From a virus (Duplodnaviria > Caudoviricetes), in IMG/VR virus record IMGVR_UViG_2806310702_000003, positions 25,379 to 89,378 of that record: a DNA stretch of 64,000 nucleotides, one strand, 5' to 3'. Under the pieces are notes generated by a model that ran no database searches, was not told the origin of the DNA, and was given only the letters and a program-made list of their open reading frames with translations. Positions 29,240 through 38,777 of this stretch are shown here, in pieces (position 1 is the first letter of the stretch; each line of letters begins with the position of its first letter). A program made the position numbers and the translations under genes.

Positions 29240-30490
29240 TTAAAATATTGATTTAATTTCTTGCAATTCTTTAATGAATAAATCTAATTTAGATTTTTCT
29301 ATAGCAATAGCACCTATTTTTTTTACATTTTTATCTTCTATACAAATAACTTCATCATCTTTTATATACTTCATTAATCCTTCTACTGTTGTAGGTTTAA
29401 GAAGTGGTTTCTGTTCTTCAATATCTTTTTCTAATGTTTTATGTACATATTCTGTTACTTCTTTACAATTTATATTATCAGTGTTAATTACTTTATTTTC
29501 ATTTTTTTTAGGTTCTTGAGCATATATTTTAGTTCCTTTTGGAATTTCTATTTCTTCTATTTCTTTTGGTTTAAATGATATATTTTTTTTATTATAATAA
29601 CTTCTATACGTTGTTACAGTAGACATTGTTATTCCTAATGTCTTTACTACTTCTGTGTTTGTAAGTCCTTTCTTAAATAGTTCAAAAGCTTTTTCTTTCT
29701 TTGACATTTCTCCTTCTCTCCTTCTATATCTTTTATTTTCTTTATATTCTTTTACACTTAGTATTTCTCTAAGTTTATTAAGTGCTTTCTTTTCTTGTCT
29801 TGAAACATGTACTTGAGTAATCCCAAGCAATTTGGCTGTTTCTACTTGTGTCTTATCTTTAAAATATCTTAATTCAATAATTGCTCTAAGTTGAGGGTTT
29901 AGTTGTTTTATAGCTTCTTGTACTAGGATATTATTCAATACAGTATCTTCTTTAAATACATTTCCTTCAATATTATCAGCTAATGTTATAAAAGTAGAGC
30001 CATCACTATGTATGATTTTTTCTATACTCTGTACTAAGTTAGTATTTGATAATTTCAAGCCTTCTTGAACTTCTTCTACTGTAAACCCTGTTTCCTTTAC
30101 TATTTCTTCTATAGTTGGACTTCTATTAAATTTTCTTTCCAATAAATATTCTATATATTTAATTTTATTTCTTATATCTAAAAGTGGTCTTGGAATTTTT
30201 ATAGGGTTTGTATCTCTTAAAAATCTTTGTACTTCTCCCATAATCATAGGAACTGCATAACTCGAAAATTTAACATCGTATTCTTTAGGATTGAAATTCT
30301 TAATTGCTTTAACAAGTCCAATATTGCCCATTTGTATTATATCCTCAGCTTCATGTTCTTTATTAAAGAACTTTTTACATGTACTTATCACTAACGGCTT
30401 ATTAAGTTCAAAACTTAATTCAAATGCATTCTTATCACCTTTTTGAGCTTTTTCAATTAATGCATTATTATCATTATATGTTAATTCCAT
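29240..30490 (-). CDS. SigF/SigG-like sigma factor with long C-terminal extension
   Basis: AQKGDKNA, GNIGLVKAIKNF, KFSSYAVPMIMGEVQRFLRD, RYFKDKTQVETAKLLGITQVHVSRQEKK. Confidence 0.88.
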   Translation of the reverse strand: MELTYNDNNALIEKAQKGDKNAFELSFELNKPLVISTCKKFFNKEHEAEDIIQMGNIGLVKAIKNFNPKEYDVKFSSYAVPMIMGEVQRFLRDTNPIKIPRPLLDIRNKIKYIEYLLERKFNRSPTIEEIVKETGFTVEEVQEGLKLSNTNLVQSIEKIIHSDGSTFITLADNIEGNVFKEDTVLNNILVQEAIKQLNPQLRAIIELRYFKDKTQVETAKLLGITQVHVSRQEKKALNKLREILSVKEYKENKRYRRREGEMSKKEKAFELFKKGLTNTEVVKTLGITMSTVTTYRSYYNKKNISFKPKEIEEIEIPKGTKIYAQEPKKNENKVINTDNINCKEVTEYVHKTLEKDIEEQKPLLKPTTVEGLMKYIKDDEVICIEDKNVKKIGAIAIEKSKLDLFIKELQEIKSIF

Positions 30491-30607
30491 TTATACCTCC
30501 TAGAATTTTACTATATAATTAATATATCATTTTACGAATAAAAAACAAGTAATTTCGTACAAACTACTTGTTTTTTTACGAAATTACTTGTTTGAAAAGC
30601 TAAATTT

Positions 30608-30934
30608 TTATTTAACTGGTTCTGAATGTGCATGACCTAAAATAGCTATTGCAGTAGTTCCAACTCCTGTTAGTTTTACTGCTACATATCTTTTAGTTCC
30701 TCTATAACCTACCTTATACACTCCGTTTTCTTTTATGTCTAATTCTGTTCCTAAATAATCTTCTGCCGAAATTTCTTTAAGAGATTTTGAAGTATCTCCC
30801 TCATATATTTTTGCAGTTGCTGTACTAGTTGCAGTTACCGCAAACACGATACTTCCGAATCCAGCTGTATCTATTGCCGTATCCGTTTTAGCTTCTACTA
30901 CTTTAATTGAATTATATAAATCTTTATTAATCAT
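30608..30934 (-). CDS. Probable capsid decoration/accessory protein
   Basis: Follows capsid gene; IDTAGF, GYRGTKRYV. Confidence 0.55.
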   Translation of the reverse strand: MINKDLYNSIKVVEAKTDTAIDTAGFGSIVFAVTATSTATAKIYEGDTSKSLKEISAEDYLGTELDIKENGVYKVGYRGTKRYVAVKLTGVGTTAIAILGHAHSEPVK

Positions 30935-30944
30935 TTGAATCCTC

Positions 30945-32054
30945 CTATTTGTTTTGTTTCAACACTTTAATAGCTTCTGGTCTTATTACTCCACCACCAA
31001 CTCTTTTTGTTGTATAAAATAAAATATTAGGTTTTGCAGTTAAATTATCTCTTATGAAGTTAATTCCAGCTTTATCTACTATTAAATATCCATCTTTAAA
31101 ATTACCAAATGCAATTGGTGTATTTCCTACCTTACTTTCTGGCATATCATCTGCTTCTACTACTTTATATCCTAAAATTGTTGCTGGTTCTCCTATCTGT
31201 GTAGAAGGTTGCCATAAATAATGTCCGTCATTGTCTTTAAGCAATCTTAAATCCCTTACTGATGTTCTTTTTGCTAGTAATACTGCTCCATTACTAAACT
31301 TTGCATCAAGAGAATAAATAAGATTCATTATTCCATCAAAATCTAGTTTCCCAGAAATCTGCTCTATTTCTTTATTATTTAAAAATCCTTCTGGTTGTTT
31401 TACTCCATCTCCACTTATAAACGCTGAACCTTCAACTTGTGCAAATCTATTAGCTACTCTTTCTTTTATATATCCTTCAATATTAAATGCTGCATCATCT
31501 ATTAAAATTTGAGTTGCTGAAGGTTGAGCATACATTTCATGAACTGGTATTCTAATGCTTTCAAAAGTATCTGTTGCAGTTTCTTTTCTTGGTTGTCTTT
31601 CTCCTACCCAACCATATTCATAGGCGTTATTTGCTTCCCTAACTGCTTGATAATCATTTCCTTTACTAATAGTAACTGTACTACAAATTTGACGCATAGG
31701 ACTTATTTTTCTTACTCTAGTTATAATTCCACTAGCCATATTTTGAGGTAAGAAAATACCTCCATTTGGAGAAGAATCTGAACTCATAGCCTTTTTATTT
31801 AACTCGTTAAGTCCTTCTCCTATAACTCCACTTCTAGCATAGTCCTTAAACTCTGACATTTCTTTTTTTTCTATTTCTGATAATTCGCCTTCTTGTGATC
31901 CTGTTCCAAATTTTACTCTTTGTGATTTTGCTTCTAACTCATCTAATCTTTTCTGTATTCTTTCTACAACTTCCGGATCTGCTTTTTTATCTACTGCTTC
32001 TTTCAAATCAGCAAATGTTTTGTTCATTTCTTCAATCATTGATTTTATTTCCAT
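30945..32054 (-). CDS. HK97-fold major capsid protein
   Basis: GGIFLPQ, FISGDGVKQPEGFL, YLWQP, IAFGNF, FYTTKRVGG. Confidence 0.93.
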   Translation of the reverse strand: MEIKSMIEEMNKTFADLKEAVDKKADPEVVERIQKRLDELEAKSQRVKFGTGSQEGELSEIEKKEMSEFKDYARSGVIGEGLNELNKKAMSSDSSPNGGIFLPQNMASGIITRVRKISPMRQICSTVTISKGNDYQAVREANNAYEYGWVGERQPRKETATDTFESIRIPVHEMYAQPSATQILIDDAAFNIEGYIKERVANRFAQVEGSAFISGDGVKQPEGFLNNKEIEQISGKLDFDGIMNLIYSLDAKFSNGAVLLAKRTSVRDLRLLKDNDGHYLWQPSTQIGEPATILGYKVVEADDMPESKVGNTPIAFGNFKDGYLIVDKAGINFIRDNLTAKPNILFYTTKRVGGGVIRPEAIKVLKQNK

Positions 32055-32070
32055 CTATTCATCTTCCCTT

Positions 32071-32397
32071 CTATTTTAAATTTTTTCCTTGAACATCTCT
32101 TAAATATCTTTCATATTGTCTTGCTCTAGTTGTTGCTAGTGCATCATTTAAATGTCTTAATGTAGCTTCATTTTCTTTACATTTAAACTGACTAGCTTGA
32201 AAATGTTCTAATTGATCTATGCAAATTAAAAGTAAATCTTCAATAAAAATTCCATTAAGCCCGTTTTCCTTTACTGGTCCTTTCTGAATATTTATTGTTT
32301 GTGCTACTTCTCCAGTAGTTTTATGTATTACTTTATAAGATGAAGGAGAATTAAAATTGATTTCTCCTGAAATTATTTTAGTATGTAATGTTTGCAT
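32071..32397 (-). CDS. Tad1-like (Acb2/Tad1 fold) anti-defence sponge protein
   Basis: IQKGPVKENGLNGIFIEDLLLICIDQLEHFQASQFKCKENEATLRHLNDAL...R..ER..RDVQG resembles the Tad1 pattern as I recall it. Confidence 0.65.
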   Translation of the reverse strand: MQTLHTKIISGEINFNSPSSYKVIHKTTGEVAQTINIQKGPVKENGLNGIFIEDLLLICIDQLEHFQASQFKCKENEATLRHLNDALATTRARQYERYLRDVQGKNLK

Positions 32398-33188
32398 TAA
32401 TTATTTACCTCCTTGGTTTTCATGTTTTTATATAATTTTTGTAATGCTTTTATTTCATCTTTTCCAAGTTCTTCCTTTGTTTCTGGCTCTTCCTCAATTC
32501 CAAAACTTTTCTTGAAAATATCTTTAATTTCTTCTAAAGTTTTTTCATCTTTTATAGAAGATATAAACACTTTCATTTCTTCTATCTTGTTTTTAGTTTC
32601 TTTTTCTTCTTTTGTAGGTTGTAGAAGTGTTTTTAATTCCTCTATTTCCTTCTCCATGCCTTCTATTCTCTTTTGCCAATCTTCTTTTATTTGTTGTTCT
32701 TTAACATCTGTTATTTGTGCTTTTGGGTTCATGGGAAAAGTAACGCAACTAACTTCTACTATATCTATATCTTTTAGATCACGAACAGTCTGTTTTTCTT
32801 CTTTGACATATTCATACTCTTTTATGTAATAGCCTATAGAAAGCTTTAAAATTCCTTTCTTGGCAAGTAAATAAGCTTCTGCTGCCTTTGGTAACATATA
32901 ATTACCATCTGTATCTTTATCTAAAAAGAATTTAGCTTCACATTCTACACCTTTGGTCCCATTGCTCAGTATCATCTCTCCAATAGGCTGATGCGTATCA
33001 TGTTGATAAAGCATAGGTACTCTTTTGCCATCGTTTTTCTTACCAACAGAAGGTAAAACTCTGTCATTCCCTAAATCTATATTATTATAAGGACTTGCAA
33101 TGCCTTTAAAAGTACCTGTTTCATCAACAGCTTTTACTTCTATTTGCTTAAATTCTAAATCCATTTTTTCACCACCTTCAATAGTCAA
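32397..33188 (-). CDS. HK97-type prohead protease
   Basis: GTFKGIAS, MLYQHD, LSIGY, EVSCVTFPMN. Confidence 0.9.
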   Translation of the reverse strand: MTIEGGEKMDLEFKQIEVKAVDETGTFKGIASPYNNIDLGNDRVLPSVGKKNDGKRVPMLYQHDTHQPIGEMILSNGTKGVECEAKFFLDKDTDGNYMLPKAAEAYLLAKKGILKLSIGYYIKEYEYVKEEKQTVRDLKDIDIVEVSCVTFPMNPKAQITDVKEQQIKEDWQKRIEGMEKEIEELKTLLQPTKEEKETKNKIEEMKVFISSIKDEKTLEEIKDIFKKSFGIEEEPETKEELGKDEIKALQKLYKNMKTKEVNN

Positions 33189-33279
33189 AACTAATTTCGT
33201 TCAATCTACATTAGTTATTATATCACAAAATTAAATTACTTGTTTTTTTACAATAAAAAAGCTGACAATTAGTCAGCTT

Positions 33280-33510
33280 TTAAACTTTCAATCCACATTC
33301 TCTAGCTATATGTATAAGATCATTGCAAGTTATATTATCGCACCAGTTTTTACGTTGTATCTGTAATCTTGCAAACCAATCTATTAACTGTCTTTTATTA
33401 ATATTTCTATTTATCTCATTAAGCATTAACCCAAGCCTTATTTCTTTTATTACTTCCATTTCTTCTCCATCGGTGTATTTAACTTCTTCTAAGTCATATT
33501 CTAAATCCAT
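33280..33510 (-). CDS. Hypothetical protein
   Basis: Shares a domain with the N-terminus of 34763-35284. Confidence 0.55.
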   Translation of the reverse strand: MDLEYDLEEVKYTDGEEMEVIKEIRLGLMLNEINRNINKRQLIDWFARLQIQRKNWCDNITCNDLIHIARECGLKV

Positions 33511-33742
33511 TAAATTCTAATCACCTCACTTCTAATTTTAATTGGGAAATGCTCTATGTAAAAACAATTCCCAAGATCGCTAACCTTTTTAAATTTATTT
33601 TGTTTTCTTTCTTTTTCTAATGTTTTAGCTAATTCATGTCTTTCATCTAATCTTTTATAAGGTATTACTTCAACTCTAATCATTTTAAACTCCCCTTTTT
33701 TGTACGAAATTAGTTGTTTTTTTACAAGTAAAAAACTTTAAA

Positions 33743-34141
33743 TTAAAATGGTATATCAGAAGTATCTACTTCTTTAAAATCTTCTTCATATTCTTTTGAA
33801 TTATGTTCTGGAGAAGCACTATTTTTCTTACTATCTAAAAACTGTACTTCATCAGCATTTATTTCAGTAACATATCTTTTAGTTCCATCTTTAGCTTCAT
33901 AGCTTCTTGTTTGTATTGAACCACTTATTCCAACTTGACTTCCTTTTCCAACATAAGTTGCTACATTCTCAGCTTGTTTTCCCCACACTACTATAGGTAA
34001 AAAATCAGCTTCTGGTTGACCTTCGCTTTTAAATCTTCTATTTACTGCTAAAGTAAATGTAGCAACTGCTGTTCCTTTTCCGGCTGTAAATTTCAAATCT
34101 GCATCTTTTGTTAATCTTCCAACTAAAACAACTCTATTCAT
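33743..34141 (-). CDS. ssb: Single-stranded DNA-binding protein
   Basis: [21 protein letters not shown]-terminal DIPF. Confidence 0.95.
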   Translation of the reverse strand: MNRVVLVGRLTKDADLKFTAGKGTAVATFTLAVNRRFKSEGQPEADFLPIVVWGKQAENVATYVGKGSQVGISGSIQTRSYEAKDGTKRYVTEINADEVQFLDSKKNSASPEHNSKEYEEDFKEVDTSDIPF

Positions 34142-34353
34142 TTATTTTCTCCTATTCCCCATTTATTTTTTGAAACTATTTTTATTATTTTCTCTTTATA
34201 TTTTTTCGTTATACCCTCGTTAATATCTTCTAATATTAGTATGTTTAAAAGTTCAAATGAAAAAACCTCTCTATGATTAATTACAATATATTTATCTTTA
34301 TCCGTTATAATTAAATCTCCTTTAGTCATTTTTACTCTACCTCTATATACCAT
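34138..34353 (-). CDS. Hypothetical protein
   Basis: ORF in operon with overlapping neighbours. Confidence 0.5.
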   Translation of the reverse strand: MVYRGRVKMTKGDLIITDKDKYIVINHREVFSFELLNILILEDINEGITKKYKEKIIKIVSKNKWGIGENK

Positions 34354-34751
34354 TTGCCATTTTTGATTATGTCTTTAAAAAACCCACTCGCACAGTGGCA
34401 ACTCAATACCCTTAAGATTTCATATATATCAATTGCTTCTTTTTTTAATAATTTTTCGGTGTTTTTTTTTATGGTTGAATCAATATCTTTGCATAGTTTC
34501 AAGTATTTAAAATCTCTGTGTTCAACCCAACACTTTTTGCCACTTTCTAATGCTTCCATAAAGCTAACAGGTTGCTGCACTAATTCCCATTCCATTCCAA
34601 TTATTAACCCGCACATTGGTGCATATTCGCCATTTTCAACAAATAAAAATTCCCCATTTACGTTTTCTATGCCAAAATTTTTACACTTGAATTCTTTTGC
34701 TTTCTCTTCTTCTAACATTTTAATTACTTCCCAAGTTTTATACTTTCTCAT
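34332..34751 (-). CDS. Hypothetical phage protein
   Basis: KTWEVIKML, WELVQQPVSFMEA pattern common in Bacillota phages. Confidence 0.65.
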   Translation of the reverse strand: MRKYKTWEVIKMLEEEKAKEFKCKNFGIENVNGEFLFVENGEYAPMCGLIIGMEWELVQQPVSFMEALESGKKCWVEHRDFKYLKLCKDIDSTIKKNTEKLLKKEAIDIYEILRVLSCHCASGFFKDIIKNGKWYIEVE

Positions 34752-34762
34752 CTAATCCCCTC

Positions 34763-35284
34763 CTAAGCTATTCTTCTCTTTTTTTTATTTTTTCTTTTTA
34801 TATTGTAGCTATCTAGTATTCTATATATTTTTTGCACTGACATATTTAACAAACTTGCTATTTCATCTATCATGTAGTTATTGTATAAGTGTTCCATTTC
34901 TTTTCTGCTAGGTATAGACTTCTTTGGAACTTTTAATCTATATTCATTTATTAATCTCATTATTGTTTTATAGTCTACACCCTTTATTGTTGCTATTGCA
35001 TTTACTGTATTGTTTTTTAGAAGTATTTCAAGTTCTTCTTTAGTACAACATTCTGATGTTTTTATTTTTTCTCTTTTATTCATGTATCCTTTAATTTTAA
35101 ATCCTTCTTCTTTAGCAATCTGTATAAGTTCATTTATTTGTACTTCTGCACAAAAGTGCATGTTGTAATTTTGTTTTTTAATGAACCAATTACAAAGTTT
35201 ATCTTTAGTTAAAACCTCATTTTTGTTTAATTCTTCTTGCATTAAACTTATTAATTTTTTCTTTCTTTTAAACTTATCATACAT
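34763..35284 (-). CDS. Tandem-HTH hypothetical protein
   Basis: IATIKGVDYKTIMR and IASLLNMSVQKIYR HTH-like segments. Confidence 0.6.
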   Translation of the reverse strand: MYDKFKRKKKLISLMQEELNKNEVLTKDKLCNWFIKKQNYNMHFCAEVQINELIQIAKEEGFKIKGYMNKREKIKTSECCTKEELEILLKNNTVNAIATIKGVDYKTIMRLINEYRLKVPKKSIPSRKEMEHLYNNYMIDEIASLLNMSVQKIYRILDSYNIKRKNKKKRRIA

Positions 35285-35387
35285 TCACCTCGAACGAAAT
35301 TACTTTTTATTAATTTAATTTTACACTATTAAATGGTAATTTTCAATAGTTTTGTACGAAATTAGTTATAAAAAACAAGAGAAGGAC

Positions 35388-36152
35388 TTATTCTTCCTTC
35401 TCCATTAAATATCTCACTATACATCTACATCTTATAGTTTCTCTTTTATCGGCCCTAGGATCACCTGGATAACTTAGACCTGGTTTAAAATCTTCATTAA
35501 TTCCAACTACTTTCCCATCTAATGTTTGGTGTGTAGACCTAACTGCATTATCTCTACAAGTAATCCACTTCTTATATTTAAATCCAGAAGCATTAGCACT
35601 AAACATATTTGCTCTCATAAACGTATTATGCATTTCTGTATTAGCTATTCTTAATGCTCTATGCTTACTGTAATCTTCTATTAAACTACTTAATGTATTT
35701 GCTATCTTATCCGTACTATCTCCAGCTAATAAGCCTTTTTTTAGTATCTGTCTTGTTATTTCTTTTGTTGTTCTACTTACCATAACTATTCTTTCGCAAC
35801 CATATGTATTTAGCCAGTTCATATAATCATCTCGAATTATATTATATATAGTGCCTTCTTGGTTTGTTACATGTATATTTTCAAAAAATTCTGCCCCAAG
35901 TTTTCCAGCTTCTATATAGAAGGGTAATAGTGCAGCTAATGTAGTTTGCACTCCTTCATCTTCTTTGAATATCTTATCTGATATTTCTTCTGCTTTCTTC
36001 TCCGCTTCTTCTTCTGTTATATCTTCATTATCTTTATTTTCTTTTACATACTTTAGATAAGCTTGTGCTATAGCTTCACCTTGTGCTATTAATATCTTTT
36101 TTATTTTATTTTCAAATTTCTTCTCTAAAGGTCCTATCATTTTTTCATACAT
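35388..36152 (-). CDS. Minor head protein (Mu gpF/SPP1 gp7-like)
   Basis: RALRIANTE, KKWIT..D..VRSTH, YPGDP, CRC. Confidence 0.88.
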   Translation of the reverse strand: MYEKMIGPLEKKFENKIKKILIAQGEAIAQAYLKYVKENKDNEDITEEEAEKKAEEISDKIFKEDEGVQTTLAALLPFYIEAGKLGAEFFENIHVTNQEGTIYNIIRDDYMNWLNTYGCERIVMVSRTTKEITRQILKKGLLAGDSTDKIANTLSSLIEDYSKHRALRIANTEMHNTFMRANMFSANASGFKYKKWITCRDNAVRSTHQTLDGKVVGINEDFKPGLSYPGDPRADKRETIRCRCIVRYLMEKEE

Positions 36153-36193
36153 CTGAAGAAGTTTTTGCTTTTCTTTATCAACCTCCTTCCTTT

Positions 36194-37465
36194 TTAATAA
36201 AGAAAATCCAGGCTTTTTTCTTCTCCCTCAGACGTTATATTTTTCCCAACAACTTCTTTTTCTTCTCCAAATTCAACTAAATTCATTGGCAACATTATTT
36301 TATCACCATTTTTTATAGGTTCTAGTCCTACTTTTTCTCTTTTCTCATTAATAGTCATAAATGTACTGTTATTAACCCTATCAAACATTTCTTTTATATC
36401 TTCTTGCAAACAGGGAATATGACTATAATCTATTTCTAAATACTCATTTTCTTGTAATTCTAAAAAGTTTTGAAGATGCTGTGCAAGGTCTTGCATTAAA
36501 GGTATAACAGTTTTAGTGTAAAGTCCTTTTTCAGCTTCATTTTTGTTATTATAAGAAGATTGTTCGTTAAATCCTATAACTATAGGATCAACCCCCATGC
36601 CTATGCATATATCCAACATAGTATTTCTTTTACCCTCGTTCCAATCCATGTCTTTAGGATTAACACCTGTTGAAATATAAGACATTCCACCCTCTAATAA
36701 CATAAATTTACCAACGTTTCTACTACCTTGGTGACTATTTCTTAATTCTGTTTTAGTTCTTTCATACTCTGCATCTCCTAACGTATCTGGAGTAGTAAAA
36801 ACACCACTTAAATTACCACCATTTTGGAGAAGAGATACGTTCCAATTGACTAATTCGTTAAGTAAATCTCCATTTTTTAGCACGGGCTCCAGCATACTCA
36901 TACCATGGCCTAAACCGTCCAGGTAATCTGTTGGATTAAATTCTTTCCACAACATAAAATCTTTTGCTTCTATAGGAATTTCATTATATTTTATTTCTAT
37001 ATAAGGCTTTTCAGTATCTCCTGTAGGCGTAAATTTGACCATGTCCGGTCTATATACATATAATTCTTTTACTTTTCCACTTGCTTTAACTCTATGAAAT
37101 GGTACTTCTCCACCTATATATTTATAAGCTATTGCTCTTTTAATTAATTCAGAACGACTATATAAGGGATTGGGTTTTTCTAATACACTTAATGCTGGAT
37201 GTCCTTTTATTTCTTCTTTTTCGCCATTCTGGTTAACTTTAACGACTTTAAAATGTAATTGTATTGCTCCTTTTATAATCTCTTGCATACATCTAAATAT
37301 AATCCAGTTACGTCTATATCCCTCTGTTGCTATTGCTTTGTAATTTACATCTGTATAAACTGCCGACTTTCCCATTTGTTGCACTATCTTAGAATATATT
37401 GTCTTATCTTTACTTGCTTTAAGTTCAAATATGTTTTTTAATCTCATGTTATCACTTCCTTTCAA
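36194..37465 (-). CDS. Portal protein (HK97-like)
   Basis: HPALSVLEKPNP, NGGNLSGV, LLEGG, MTINEKRE. Confidence 0.92.
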   Translation of the reverse strand: MKGSDNMRLKNIFELKASKDKTIYSKIVQQMGKSAVYTDVNYKAIATEGYRRNWIIFRCMQEIIKGAIQLHFKVVKVNQNGEKEEIKGHPALSVLEKPNPLYSRSELIKRAIAYKYIGGEVPFHRVKASGKVKELYVYRPDMVKFTPTGDTEKPYIEIKYNEIPIEAKDFMLWKEFNPTDYLDGLGHGMSMLEPVLKNGDLLNELVNWNVSLLQNGGNLSGVFTTPDTLGDAEYERTKTELRNSHQGSRNVGKFMLLEGGMSYISTGVNPKDMDWNEGKRNTMLDICIGMGVDPIVIGFNEQSSYNNKNEAEKGLYTKTVIPLMQDLAQHLQNFLELQENEYLEIDYSHIPCLQEDIKEMFDRVNNSTFMTINEKREKVGLEPIKNGDKIMLPMNLVEFGEEKEVVGKNITSEGEEKSLDFLY

Positions 37466-37703
37466 TTATAATTATTTTTCCATTGTCATACTTAACATTA
37501 TAGAAAGGTATTTTTTCTCCTTCTTGTATATTTTTAAATTCTTTACATAAACATTTGTATGTTAATATTCCATTTCCCATATCTTTCACATCTAAAATAA
37601 TCAATTCCCTATAAATTTTTAATAATTCTTTTGAATTATTTCGGATTAAATCTTTAGTTATTTGTATAAAGCCGACTTGATTCATACCTATATATGCTTT
37701 CAT
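37452..37703 (-). CDS. Hypothetical protein
   Basis: ORF with RBS; FKNIQEGEKIPFY. Confidence 0.55.
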   Translation of the reverse strand: MKAYIGMNQVGFIQITKDLIRNNSKELLKIYRELIILDVKDMGNGILTYKCLCKEFKNIQEGEKIPFYNVKYDNGKIIIIERK

Positions 37704-37897
37704 TCTTCCATTACTCCCTTTTTAATTTTTTCAGCTAATAATAAAGGAATCCAGAACATTCCATAGTATATTCCTAATACTAATCCCATTATTATTTTTC
37801 CAGACAAGTGTTTTAATAAACTGTAACTTATCTTAATTCCTAAGAATACACCTGTCATTATGTATATATATAATAAAAATGCTAGTAAATATTTCAT
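37700..37897 (-). CDS. Small membrane protein
   Basis: Two hydrophobic helices, RBS GAGGTG. Confidence 0.55.
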   Translation of the reverse strand: MKYLLAFLLYIYIMTGVFLGIKISYSLLKHLSGKIIMGLVLGIYYGMFWIPLLLAEKIKKGVMEE

Positions 37898-38054
37898 TAT
37901 TTATCACCTCAATATTATTATACTGTTTTCGGCGTAACCTCGCTTAAATCAACACTTTATAAAAATGTTTAAGACATAAGAATTGTTATGTCTTGTATAT
38001 GGAGATGGTAAGGGCTGAAAGTGGCTATTCTCAACGCTTTACGGTTTAAATATA

Positions 38055-38087
38055 AAAAAATAAAGCAGTGTGGTAACTGCTTTATTG
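38055..38087 (-). terminator. Intrinsic terminator closing the non-coding unit
   Basis: AATAAAGCAGT-loop-ACTGCTTTATT followed by T-run on the minus strand. Confidence 0.75.
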
Positions 38088-38224
38088 ATAGATTATTTAA
38101 TTATGGAATAATATCTTACGATCTAAATCGTATATGAATGGAAAGTACAATATGTTGTAAGGTTAGGAGGATACACCTCCTTTATAATTTTATTTTTTAA
38201 ACTAGATTAGTAACAATATTATTG

Positions 38225-38460
38225 ATTCACTGCTTAAAGCAAAGTTGCGACCTTACACTTTAAGTCTTACCGTAAAGAGCAATAATGGTAGATAATCAAC
38301 AATAAATCTGGTCACTGTTAACGTACAGTTAAACGTTTCTTTATACTCGAAAGACCAGTGCTTATTTCGAGTTATGTTATACGGGTATCTACACCCCAAG
38401 CTTACCGACCAATTTGGTAGCATTTATAGCGTTAAGCTAACGGTCATTATTTTTTTAGTA
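38225..38460 (-). ncRNA. Structured RNA domain with several predicted pseudoknots
   Basis: GC-richer, ORF-free; closing helix 38281-87/38445-51, helix 38288-94/38386-92, hairpin 38346-71 whose loop matches 38308-13. Confidence 0.55.
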
Positions 38461-38487
38461 TTGTCCCACACGTGAACAATATAATTG

Positions 38488-38547
38488 TTATTGCATACTG
38501 GCTTCGAACCAGTAACCCGCGCGTTTCTTCCTTGAGTTAATGCAATA
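38488..38547 (-). ncRNA. tRNA-like element lacking the anticodon arm
   Basis: Acceptor ATTGCAT/ATGCAAT, T-arm ACTGG-TTCGAAG-CCAGT, D-like TAACTCAAGGAAGA. Confidence 0.7.
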
Positions 38548-38620
38548 TTTACGTAAAATATAAGTTGGCGTAAATTTATATTTTACAACTTTTGTTGTTG
38601 TCAATTTTGTCTTATTTTTT

Positions 38621-38672
38621 AGGGAATAGAAGGAATTGAACCTCCTCACTTATAAGTGTAACCATATTTCCC
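38621..38672 (-). ncRNA. tRNA-like minihelix
   Basis: GGGAAATA/TATTCCC stem, T-arm GGAGG-TTCAATT-CCTTC, short CACTTATAAGTG hairpin. Confidence 0.65.
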
Positions 38673-38728
38673 ATATTAAAATAAGCAGTTTATACACTTG
38701 CTTAGGTGTTAAATTCTAAAGAAAGAAA

Positions 38729-38777
38729 GGTGGAACTTGAAGGAATTGAACCTTCTACCATGCCTACCAAAGTTCCA
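38729..38777 (-). ncRNA. tRNA-like minihelix
   Basis: Perfect GGAACTT/AAGTTCC acceptor, T-arm GAAGG-TTCAATT-CCTTC, 14-nt linker, 3' ACC. Confidence 0.7.

Noticed and set aside
38488-38777. Canonical tRNA genes
   Set aside because: T-arms and acceptor stems are present, but the elements are too short and lack anticodon arms; reported as tRNA-like ncRNA instead.
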